A DNA stretch of 52,937 nucleotides, from positions 1 through 52,937 of IMG/VR virus record IMGVR_UViG_3300044840_000023. One strand, given 5' to 3'. The notes under the pieces were generated by a model. The model searched no databases and was not told the DNA's origin. It was given only the letters and a program-made list of their open reading frames with translations. Positions 35,949-44,010 of the stretch are shown here, piece after piece. The translations under genes were made by a program, and so were the position numbers. Every line of letters starts with the position of its first letter. The first letter of the stretch is position 1. This DNA is from a virus (Duplodnaviria; Caudoviricetes).

Positions 35949-36469
35949 TCGCGAACGATCGAATAAATAAACACGTCTTGGGGCAGCTCGCTAACGTTCG
36001 GGAAGTACCCAAACCGGCGCAGCCTTCCCTCTTTCGTGGCCCCTAGCCGTTCCGTTACGTGCTGCCCGCCTTTGTTGTCAACGTGCACGTACGACCACAC
36101 GCGCCAGATATTCTTGTGCGTGAAAATCCACGTTATGAAGGGTCTCGAAAACTCGCGGCCGGCGCCGCGGGCTTTCCAGTCCCGGCGGAACATCAACGTT
36201 ATGCTAGCCGTGTAACCTGCGACCTCCAGCCCGACAATCCCGAGAATATCGGACGGGTCGCCGTCCAGCACAATCGCTTGCCACTTTGACGGGCTGGCGC
36301 GGTATGTCTGAATTAGCGCCGTGGCCTGGTCAACTGTGTCGTGGACCTTGAAACCCATGTAGCGCATCACAAGATGGTCGCCGGTCATGGCGAACACCCG
36401 CGGACCTTCCCATGCGTAAATATCGCGTATCAGGAATCGGCCTAGACCTTGCGTGCCGTTTTCAGACAT
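35945..36469 (-). CDS. GNAT acetyltransferase, RimJ/RimL-like
   Basis: WKARGAG, HVDNKGGQHVTERLG and EGRLRR motifs. Confidence 0.8.
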   Translation of the reverse strand: MSENGTQGLGRFLIRDIYAWEGPRVFAMTGDHLVMRYMGFKVHDTVDQATALIQTYRASPSKWQAIVLDGDPSDILGIVGLEVAGYTASITLMFRRDWKARGAGREFSRPFITWIFTHKNIWRVWSYVHVDNKGGQHVTERLGATKEGRLRRFGYFPNVSELPQDVFIYSIVRD

Positions 36470-36638
36470 GCTGCGACCAAATTATCCGGCGAGGCGGCAG
36501 CCCTAGTCTGCGAGCGCGACGGTGCAGCACTCCGCGGTGGTGCCCCATTCGTGCGGCCATTTCTTTGTCGGGCAGCCGCGAAAACCATAGCTTGCGCAAC
36601 GCCTCGTCATTTATTTTTCTTGGCAGTCTCGCTTTCAC
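36462..36638 (-). CDS. GcrA-like helix-turn-helix protein (58 aa, not in the ORF track)
   Basis: DEALRKLWFSRLPDKEMAARMG...RARRLGLPPR; GTGA-coupled to the polymerase. Confidence 0.65.
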   Translation of the reverse strand: MKARLPRKINDEALRKLWFSRLPDKEMAARMGHHRGVLHRRARRLGLPPRRIIWSQHV

Positions 36639-38599
36639 TTACGCATCCTTTCACTTTCGTAACCTTCGCAATCGAGTGGCAGTCCCGCCGTCCAGTGTCG
36701 CGGCCGTCGCATAATCGCGCGTATCTGTTCCGATCGTTCTTTCGCCACGGCAGCGGGAGCCCATGCTAAAATGCTGTCGTACACGTCCAAGCCCACGTAC
36801 ACGTCTGTTAGCTCGCGCTCGATATCGGCTTCGGCCGCCGTCACCAGGTCGCGCGTCATGGACTGGCAAGCGATTTCGAGCAGAGACCCGCCGAAAGCTT
36901 TCTGGCGAAGCATCGCGCCAAACTTGCCGCGGAAAAAAGCCATGTCGCCGCCGTGCGCAATGTGCGCGGAGTAGTGCGGGACCGCGCGGCCCGAGGGCAG
37001 AAGCATCCACACCGTCGCGTGCTGGTCTTTCTGAAACGCGACCTTGCCGGCGGGGAAAATGCGGCCCGGCTGTTCATAGATTGCAAAGCGAAAAGCATCG
37101 TCTAGCTGCGCCAGCAAACCGTCACGCGCGAAAATCTTGGGGTTAGCTTCGCGGTAGCCGTAAATGTCCGACGTGGCTTCGTCCAGGTCGATGCGACGCC
37201 CTTCCCTACGCTGGTGCGCCATGTACGTCTTAGGCCCCAGCGCATAGTTGCCGCCCAACGTCACGGACTTGAAAACCTGCCGCTGCTTTGGGTATTCCTT
37301 TTTTGTGGCGTTCGCCGGCAACTTCAAAACGCGGATCGCGTTTGCCATGTATAGGTCGCCGCCCTCCTCCATGATCTTCAAGCGTTCTTCGTCGCCGGCC
37401 ATCCACAACGCGAAACGCAACTCCGCTTGTGCCGCGTCATTGTCCATCAACAGCCAGCCCGGGGGCGAGGTAACGCAGCCGCGGAGGCAGTCGGTTAGTG
37501 CAGTGTTGTCGTGCTTGAAACCTTGTTTCAGTTGGCTGATTATTTGGTCGATCGTCGGGCGGCCGTCTTGGCCGTCGTACTTGCCGGACGGCCGCGCAAT
37601 GTTGTACGTGTTGACGCCCTCGGACGTGCCGCGCCCCGATCGAGCTCCGAAATATCGCGTGGCGTCTTTGTAGTAGCCGCCGACGTGCCGGTCTAAAAGG
37701 GCCTGCGCTTTGAGCGGCGCCGAACCGCCCTCCGCTTGCAACAGCTCCAGCACTAGCCGCACGTCGGGGTGCAAGTTTTCGTCGGCCAGCTTTTCCGCGA
37801 TGATATGCTTTTGCGTGCTCTCCAGCCCTGCAGCTCGGTTGCCGCCGTTCGCCCAATCAATAATGCGCTGGCGCTGTGACAGCTTCATAACCGCAGGTAT
37901 CTTTGAAACCGGGTCCCGAGTGAGCTCCATTAATTTTGCGGTCGTCTCCCGTTCGATTTCTTCCCGGCGCATGGCGATGGCGGTCGCCAGTTCAATGTCG
38001 ATCGGCAGCCCGGTTTCGTTCTTCCGCCATGTGCGCTCAAAGATCAGGCGTTCGTCGGCCGACAGGGGGGGCAAGCGGCTGTCCAACTCAATCAAACATT
38101 CCGTGTCCTGGTCGTTGTAATCCAGTAAGTCGCGAAACGTCCGTACGTCTTCGTTAAAGGTGCCGTCGCGTTGCGGCTTGCATGTCGCCATCACTAGCGC
38201 CCTGCCCCGCGGGTCTTTGCCCTTGATGCCCAGCGCTGTGCAGACTTGATCCAAGCCGCCGGGCAGCGCGAGCGATTGCGCCCTCGACATTGTGCAGTCA
38301 ATTTTTGACAGCGGGATTTCGAGGAAAGGGTTTTGTCGGCGCAGCACGTTCACGTCAAAATTTGCGTGGTGCGCAATGAAGCGCCGCGATTGCCTGATAT
38401 CAAAGTAAAGCTCGTCCATGGAATGCGTGCCGATATGCGGATGCACCGTGCACGCGCGTTTCTTGATCCCGCGAAAACGCCATACCGCCGTTGTGATCTG
38501 TGTTGAAGGGTCTGAGGAGTAGCGACGCGCACCGGCTTTTTTCAAGTCGGTGCGCGATCGCGTTTCAAGGTCGCAAGGTAGGTCGTCAGGGTGCAGCAC
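36635..38599 (-). CDS. DNA polymerase family A with 3'-5' exonuclease
   Basis: DLETRS / HHANFD / YNDQD exonuclease motifs; DAAQAELR, RQVFKSVTLGGNY and VYDS polymerase motifs. Confidence 0.92.
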   Translation of the reverse strand: MLHPDDLPCDLETRSRTDLKKAGARRYSSDPSTQITTAVWRFRGIKKRACTVHPHIGTHSMDELYFDIRQSRRFIAHHANFDVNVLRRQNPFLEIPLSKIDCTMSRAQSLALPGGLDQVCTALGIKGKDPRGRALVMATCKPQRDGTFNEDVRTFRDLLDYNDQDTECLIELDSRLPPLSADERLIFERTWRKNETGLPIDIELATAIAMRREEIERETTAKLMELTRDPVSKIPAVMKLSQRQRIIDWANGGNRAAGLESTQKHIIAEKLADENLHPDVRLVLELLQAEGGSAPLKAQALLDRHVGGYYKDATRYFGARSGRGTSEGVNTYNIARPSGKYDGQDGRPTIDQIISQLKQGFKHDNTALTDCLRGCVTSPPGWLLMDNDAAQAELRFALWMAGDEERLKIMEEGGDLYMANAIRVLKLPANATKKEYPKQRQVFKSVTLGGNYALGPKTYMAHQRREGRRIDLDEATSDIYGYREANPKIFARDGLLAQLDDAFRFAIYEQPGRIFPAGKVAFQKDQHATVWMLLPSGRAVPHYSAHIAHGGDMAFFRGKFGAMLRQKAFGGSLLEIACQSMTRDLVTAAEADIERELTDVYVGLDVYDSILAWAPAAVAKERSEQIRAIMRRPRHWTAGLPLDCEGYESERMRK

Positions 38600-38602
38600 G
38601 AC

Positions 38603-39346
38603 CTAGCCGAACGGCCCGCGGGGCGCCGCGTTAGAAGGGAATGCCGCACCGCCACCGAAAGCCGGCCCACCAGGGGCCGGGGCACCGAAGGCCGGGGTTG
38701 CAGGGTTTGCCGTCGTCGGGGCAAACCCGGCTCCCGGTTGCGTAAAACCCCCAGCACCGCCGGGCGAAAAGCCGGCAACCTGCAGCCCTTGGCGCTGCGC
38801 TTGCTGCATCAACTCCGCACCGCTGACCGAATTGGCGAAAACTATTTCTTCGCCCGGTGCGGTGAACACGACGGCGTTAAGGTACAGCTTCACGGCTCGG
38901 TTGTTCTGCCCGCTAACGGCTGCCGTCCCGCCGACCATGCAGTAATCGCCGGATTTCACGCCAATTTTATTCTGCAGCTTGACCAGCGCGCCGCCGGCTT
39001 GCACCAGTTCTACGTTCGGCGGGTTGCCTGACGAAGCGTTGAACAGCCAATGCCCCTTGGCAAACTCGGAAGACTTGCCCTCCGCGTTCGGCGTGTCGCC
39101 GTCCTCAATTCGCCAGTCAACGAGCTGCGGATTATTGGTGTGCAGCTTGCCCATGGCCTGCACCAGCCCGGCCAGCGCCGGTTCCTCGTGCCACGCCGCT
39201 TTTGTCTTAGGGACAATGAAGCCGGCGAAATAGTTCGGGCTCTTTGTCGGCTGCCCCTTGTATTCCGTGCTCGGGTTCCAAAGGTGCCGCATATCCACAA
39301 TGCGGGCGTCAAACAAGGTGAACGGTTCGTACTGTCTTTGTGCCAT
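38603..39346 (-). CDS. Single-stranded DNA-binding protein (DUF2815-like)
   Basis: EDGD..., SGDYC.V, N.AVKLYLNAV..GEEI; own promoter TTGACA-17-TACAAC at 39410-39382. Confidence 0.8.
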   Translation of the reverse strand: MAQRQYEPFTLFDARIVDMRHLWNPSTEYKGQPTKSPNYFAGFIVPKTKAAWHEEPALAGLVQAMGKLHTNNPQLVDWRIEDGDTPNAEGKSSEFAKGHWLFNASSGNPPNVELVQAGGALVKLQNKIGVKSGDYCMVGGTAAVSGQNNRAVKLYLNAVVFTAPGEEIVFANSVSGAELMQQAQRQGLQVAGFSPGGAGGFTQPGAGFAPTTANPATPAFGAPAPGGPAFGGGAAFPSNAAPRGPFG

Positions 39347-39431
39347 GTTCAATTCTCCATTTTCAAGTTTACAGTTCGAATGTTGTACGGTTAAGCGCCA
39401 CGAATGTCAATTTGAAATTCGGTTTTTCAGG

Positions 39432-40364
39432 TCAATAAGAAACCTTTAACGGCGCCTCGGGCTTGTGCGCCCCGACGACGGCATACTGCTTACCGGCAAC
39501 GCCAAGCTTTTCGGCCTGCGCTGGCGAGACTGGTTTGACCCCCGCCGGGCCGAAATGCTGGTGCAAGTATTCCGCCGCCTGCCGGTCGTCGTTCCAGCTC
39601 CGAAAGCTTCGGCCGGGCTTCAAGGTAGCGCCGTCCGCCGTGTGGCCTAACTTCAATTTCACTTCCAGCGCTTCTTCATAGACCGGCTTCACGTCGCCAA
39701 GGGCGCGCACCAGGCGCAACAGCCGCACCAAGTCCGGCGCCGTCAGGTCTTCAATCCGGCGTGACATGGCGCCCATAACAAAGCCGGCGTCTGTCGTCAT
39801 GGCCGGGCAGGCTTGGAACGCCTTGCACCAGCGGCAATGCGGGCCGGGCTTCGGCGGGCTGCGATCGCTTATCGCCCGCATGACGCGCGCTCTGTGCGCC
39901 TCCACTTCGGCGCGCGAGGCAACCCATTGTTTCCACGGGTCATCATCTAAGCCGTGCGGCTGATAGATCACAAGCCGGAACCACGGCGCGCCGTCGCGGG
40001 GAAGTAGCGCGGCGCTGTACGTCAAAAGCTGCATGTTGTGGAACGCGGGAACGTCCCATTTGCCAAATTTGCCGTCTAGGATAGTCGCTAAATCGCCATT
40101 GTGATATAAGTCTACAGTACCGCCGCAGTCATCCGTTACTTTAACGCGCAGCTCCCGGTATAAATAACCCTCGCCTAGCTGCGCTATGAAGGCTTCCACG
40201 TCGGGGTTGCCGCCTTCTTCCATGACCGTGTGCGCTTCCGTGCCGGCGTCCGCAGCCTCCGCGGTGCTCGCCTTTTTCAGCGGCTCGGGTACGGCGTTCA
40301 AAGCACTCCACGAACATTCGATCCAGGTCGCCGTTGACGAAGCGTTGAAAACATCGTGTGACAT
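39432..40364 (-). CDS. DUF2800/Cas4-like PD-(D/E)XK nuclease
   Basis: GTEAH, GGTVD, DGKFG, QLLTY, CRWC..CP. Confidence 0.85.
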   Translation of the reverse strand: MSHDVFNASSTATWIECSWSALNAVPEPLKKASTAEAADAGTEAHTVMEEGGNPDVEAFIAQLGEGYLYRELRVKVTDDCGGTVDLYHNGDLATILDGKFGKWDVPAFHNMQLLTYSAALLPRDGAPWFRLVIYQPHGLDDDPWKQWVASRAEVEAHRARVMRAISDRSPPKPGPHCRWCKAFQACPAMTTDAGFVMGAMSRRIEDLTAPDLVRLLRLVRALGDVKPVYEEALEVKLKLGHTADGATLKPGRSFRSWNDDRQAAEYLHQHFGPAGVKPVSPAQAEKLGVAGKQYAVVGAHKPEAPLKVSY

Positions 40365-40445
40365 GTGCCGATCCTTAAGAACGGGCGGGTTTTGCTCTCG
40401 TTGGGAACCCGCCCCAAACCAACCTCGGTTGCACCAGCCGAGAAG

Positions 40446-40901
40446 TTAAGCGTTCATCAACTTCGCAATGCCCTCAAGCGCCGGCACGGGCATCTTGGGC
40501 AGCGCCACGGCCTTGATCTGGTCCATGGTGTAGCTGTTGGCATCGACGCCGGCCTTGGCACACTCGCCGCGGAACCAGGCAATCATCTGTTCCATGGGCT
40601 GGCCGGACGCCACGGCGCCGTCAATCCGGGTATTGATCCGGGTAACGAGCGCTAGGACTTCGGGCGCCACGACGGGCGCAGCGGCAGCAAACGGCCCCGC
40701 GACCCCCGGTGTTGCACCAGCCGCCGGGGGAGCAAATCCAGCTCCGGGGGCGAACTGCCCGCCAGCCGGCGGTGCCAAAGGGGCCGGCGCGTTGCCCGCG
40801 CCCGCGGCTTCGTCTTCCTTATCGGCCTTGCCGCCGCGAGTGCCCTTCAGCTTGGTCACAAATTCCTTAACTTCTTCGATGCTTTCAAATTCGAGTTTCA
40901 T
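40446..40901 (-). CDS. Hypothetical replication-module protein
   Basis: Pro/Ala linker; promoter TTGACG-17-TATGAC at 40962-40934. Confidence 0.65.
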   Translation of the reverse strand: MKLEFESIEEVKEFVTKLKGTRGGKADKEDEAAGAGNAPAPLAPPAGGQFAPGAGFAPPAAGATPGVAGPFAAAAPVVAPEVLALVTRINTRIDGAVASGQPMEQMIAWFRGECAKAGVDANSYTMDQIKAVALPKMPVPALEGIAKLMNA

Positions 40902-40975
40902 AGTCTTTTGCTCCGTTGGGTTTAAGACGCCTTGTCATACATTTTAGCGCTTTAGGCGTCAATAGCGCTGTACGG

Positions 40976-42604
40976 TTAGCGTTGGTGGATTTGCCGGTTA
41001 ACGTCGTAAATTCCCGAAACCATATATCGGCCGTTCTGCGCTCTCTTTAGGAACACATGCACGGGCTCGGGGAGCTGTTCGTACGGCCAGAGGGCCGTGG
41101 TGTACTTCGTTGTGAGTAACCAGCCGCCGCTTTCATTCTTGACCGGCGCCGAAATGACGGCTTGCCACGGTTCCGCGTCAATAATTTTCTTGATGCTAAC
41201 GGCTTCGTACGCCCCGCCTCGCGTCTGTAGGTCTTTGCCTGGTGACATGACCGCGGTGTTATCAAACGCGCAAAACGGGCAGATTGGATGCAGGAACGCC
41301 GCATAGGTCTCGTCACACGCCGCGCACTTCTTAATCTCGCTCTGTTGCTGTCCGCAGTGCGGGCAAGTCATGCCGTGGAAATGCGGGTCGAAACGCTCAA
41401 AGCATGCTTTGCACTTCGGCGCCGATTTATGGACTTCCTCGCATTTCGGGCAGGTTTTGCCGTGTTCCCACGTCTCCCACTCGGTTTCGCACGCTTCACA
41501 TTCCAGCATGCGGCCAGGCGCAGCCATCACGGCGTCTAGGGTGCCATGCCTCGGAATGTTGCCTCCGAAGTCTGAAACGAGACAGTTAGCCGCGTACGGC
41601 GTTATCCGCGCCCCTCGTCCCAATCCTTGCGCATAATAGACAGCGCTCTTCGTTGCGCGACAAAAAGCCATATAATCGATATCAGGGACATCAAAACCAG
41701 TGTTGAACATATTGCAAGAAACAAGAATAGGAGCCACGCCATGACGGAAAGCCTCCACTGATTTGTCGCGTTTGCCCGTGATAGATTGCGAGTGTATGCC
41801 AACCGCCGGCACGCCTAGCCGCTTAAACTCGGCTTCCATCTTATCGACGTGTTCGATGTTGCAGCAAAAGACCAGCGCGCGGCGCCTGTTGAACTTCTGC
41901 ATTACCTCGATAACGGTCTTGGCATGGCTCGGGGTTAGCTTCATAGCCCGCGGCGCTTGTTCCTCAAGATCGAAATCGCCGGCCGTCGTCTTCAGCCCTT
42001 CAACGTCGATCGTCTCTTCCTCGCCCGCGTCCACTGGCACCAGGGGCTTAACGTAGCCGTCGCGGAGCGCGTCTAGAAAGGTGTATCGATAGACGATCGG
42101 CCCAAAGGTCTTCGCCAGGTCTCCCGTACCGTCAGCTCGGAACGGCGTGCCAGTCAGTCCGTGGACTTTGGCGTGCGCCAGCTTATCGAATAGCCGCCTA
42201 TACTGTGACGACTTGGCGGGAGGGACCATGTGAACCTCATCAACAAGGATAGCGGCGACATCCCGGAATAGGTGCATTCTGTTGACGATGGTTCCGATGG
42301 TTCCAACGGTGACGCGTCCGAAGGCGTTGACGCTGATAGATGATGAACAAATACCGGGGGCAACCCCGAGTTGCTTGCACGCGGCGGCATTGTGTTTCAC
42401 CAGTTCTTTGTTGTGTGCAACTATCAGTACGCGGCCAAATTGGCTGTAGTGGTGCGCCAGCATGCCAAGCATTGCCGACTTGCCCGACGCAACGCAAGCC
42501 TCCGCGACGCTAAAACGGCCTTCGTTATGGCTGGCAAGCGCCTGTACGGCGTCAAGCTGGTGTTGCCGTGGAACGAAGGGCGCGGGGGCTAGGGAACCGT
42601 GCAT
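40976..42604 (-). CDS. SF2 helicase (RadD/YejH-like) with C-terminal zinc ribbons
   Basis: ASGKS, DEVH, TGT, TGFDVP, QGLGRGAR; multiple CxxC. Confidence 0.9.
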   Translation of the reverse strand: MHGSLAPAPFVPRQHQLDAVQALASHNEGRFSVAEACVASGKSAMLGMLAHHYSQFGRVLIVAHNKELVKHNAAACKQLGVAPGICSSSISVNAFGRVTVGTIGTIVNRMHLFRDVAAILVDEVHMVPPAKSSQYRRLFDKLAHAKVHGLTGTPFRADGTGDLAKTFGPIVYRYTFLDALRDGYVKPLVPVDAGEEETIDVEGLKTTAGDFDLEEQAPRAMKLTPSHAKTVIEVMQKFNRRRALVFCCNIEHVDKMEAEFKRLGVPAVGIHSQSITGKRDKSVEAFRHGVAPILVSCNMFNTGFDVPDIDYMAFCRATKSAVYYAQGLGRGARITPYAANCLVSDFGGNIPRHGTLDAVMAAPGRMLECEACETEWETWEHGKTCPKCEEVHKSAPKCKACFERFDPHFHGMTCPHCGQQQSEIKKCAACDETYAAFLHPICPFCAFDNTAVMSPGKDLQTRGGAYEAVSIKKIIDAEPWQAVISAPVKNESGGWLLTTKYTTALWPYEQLPEPVHVFLKRAQNGRYMVSGIYDVNRQIHQR

Positions 42605-42605
42605 T

Positions 42606-42890
42606 TCAGCCCCGGCGCAAATGCTGCAAGTCGCGGTCAATGCACTCACGCAAGCGATGAATTACGCCTTCCGTGACGCTTTCCTTGCTCTCTATGCCGC
42701 CCGCTATAATCAGCGCCACAACGCCGGCCAGGCCGTCGATGTATGCCGCAACTGTTGACTGGCCGGCTGCTTTATCTTTCCGGATGGCGTGCATAAACAC
42801 GCCAATGTGCTTGGTTATCATGTCGCGCGCCGTGACGCTGGCCGCGCTCTCGATACGCAATCCGGGCTTGCCGTCTGTGTCGGTTTTCAT
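42606..42890 (-). CDS. Hypothetical protein
   Basis: ORF directly upstream of the helicase. Confidence 0.55.
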   Translation of the reverse strand: MKTDTDGKPGLRIESAASVTARDMITKHIGVFMHAIRKDKAAGQSTVAAYIDGLAGVVALIIAGGIESKESVTEGVIHRLRECIDRDLQHLRRG

Positions 42891-42951
42891 AGTAAACACC
42901 CCAATATGAAAGCGCCAATGCAGGCGACAGTGCAGAATACCACGAAATCAA

Positions 42952-43158
42952 TCATCGGCTTCTAGCCCGCAGGATAGCAACCGCTTTTTCTTGGGCCTGC
43001 GCCGCGTCCATGTCACCCCCGTCAACGGTTACGGCGTGGTCTTCGCGCCCTTCATAATAGGCTTCGGCGCAGGCCCAAGCCATTTGGCCCGAACCGCCGT
43101 GGTGCGCGGTTATGTAGGTTGAGGGGTAATACCGGCTGATGATTTTGTTCGGTTTCAT
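42952..43158 (-). CDS. Hypothetical protein
   Basis: GGAGGA RBS. Confidence 0.55.
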   Translation of the reverse strand: MKPNKIISRYYPSTYITAHHGGSGQMAWACAEAYYEGREDHAVTVDGGDMDAAQAQEKAVAILRARSR

Positions 43159-43161
43159 CGC

Positions 43162-43314
43162 TCAATCCTCCCCCTGCCAAGTCTGGTAATTTTTGAAGCC
43201 AAGGCGGCGGGCGTCCGCGTTCCGGCGCCGCATGACGCGAATGCGTTGCGCACGAGCCAACCGAGCGTAGTAAATCCAGACGTGGGTTGCGTTGGGGTCC
43301 ATTGAGGTATTCAT
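43162..43314 (-). CDS. Hypothetical 50-aa early protein (not in the ORF track)
   Basis: First gene after a repeated promoter and CCGCTGGAGAGCA leader. Confidence 0.55.
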   Translation of the reverse strand: MNTSMDPNATHVWIYYARLARAQRIRVMRRRNADARRLGFKNYQTWQGED

Positions 43315-43342
43315 TTTGCTCTCCAGCGGTTAACGTGCATTG

Positions 43343-43371
43343 TGTGTACACGCGTCCCTAGAGACTGTCAA
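43343..43371 (-). promoter_or_regulatory. Repeated promoter/operator
   Basis: TTGACA gtctctagggacgcgtg TACACA. Confidence 0.75.
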
Positions 43372-43390
43372 CGGTCTTCGTGCGAATTTT

Positions 43391-43714
43391 CTAAATTAAT
43401 TCCAGCCCCAATTCCCGCGCCACTTCCCAAACCCGCGCCATCAACTCGGGCACGGTCATTTCCGGCGCCCCTACCTGCGGCATGCCGATATCCTGCAATT
43501 CCAGCGTACTGCCATCGTTAAACTTGCACTCGCCCCGAGGGATGATTTGCCCCCGCTTCGTGTTCACCAGGATTTGCAACGCTTCGTGCCTTGAGTGGAC
43601 GAGCACGGCGGTATGCCGTACCACGTACTGCATGTCCCGCTGCAACAGCGCTACAGTGTCCGCCAGTGGTGCCGGCTCCCATGGGTAGCGTACGGTTAGG
43701 TCTCCCACGGCCAC
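43391..43714 (-). CDS. Hypothetical protein
   Basis: 107 aa; YPWE near the N-terminus. Confidence 0.55.
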   Translation of the reverse strand: MAVGDLTVRYPWEPAPLADTVALLQRDMQYVVRHTAVLVHSRHEALQILVNTKRGQIIPRGECKFNDGSTLELQDIGMPQVGAPEMTVPELMARVWEVARELGLELI

Positions 43715-43905
43715 GCCTTCCGAACCATTATGGTTTCCACGGGATAGACCACGGGAAAGTTTTTATCGGCCCAGTAGACACTGAAGGTTCCGCGCTCTGC
43801 GTCCACGGAAACGATGGTTCCGGGCATGCTGTCGATCGCGCCGTAGACACGCTGTGCGACGCTCCAAGGCGACACTTCACTCCGTCCATCGCTACTTTTC
43901 CGCAT
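43696..43905 (-). CDS. Small SH3-like hypothetical protein
   Basis: GTIVSVD...FSVYW; ends WPWET. Confidence 0.5.
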   Translation of the reverse strand: MRKSSDGRSEVSPWSVAQRVYGAIDSMPGTIVSVDAERGTFSVYWADKNFPVVYPVETIMVRKAWPWET

Positions 43906-44010
43906 TTACAAACCCCGTTCCAGTCTTCAGTCATCGGGCAGTGTAGTGAATAATAAGGACCGTAATGCAAAGTATCGTAACGCAGATAACAACCGCTTCG
44001 GGCCAGTTTA

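Noticed and set aside
23537-36469. DUF1778 antitoxin plus GNAT toxin pair
   Set aside because: The genes are about 12 kb apart on opposite strands, and the GNAT looks RimJ/RimL-like, not TacT-like.
39432-40364. Cas4 as evidence of CRISPR
   Set aside because: No array or other cas genes seen; DUF2800 beside SSB and PolA is a standard phage replication module.
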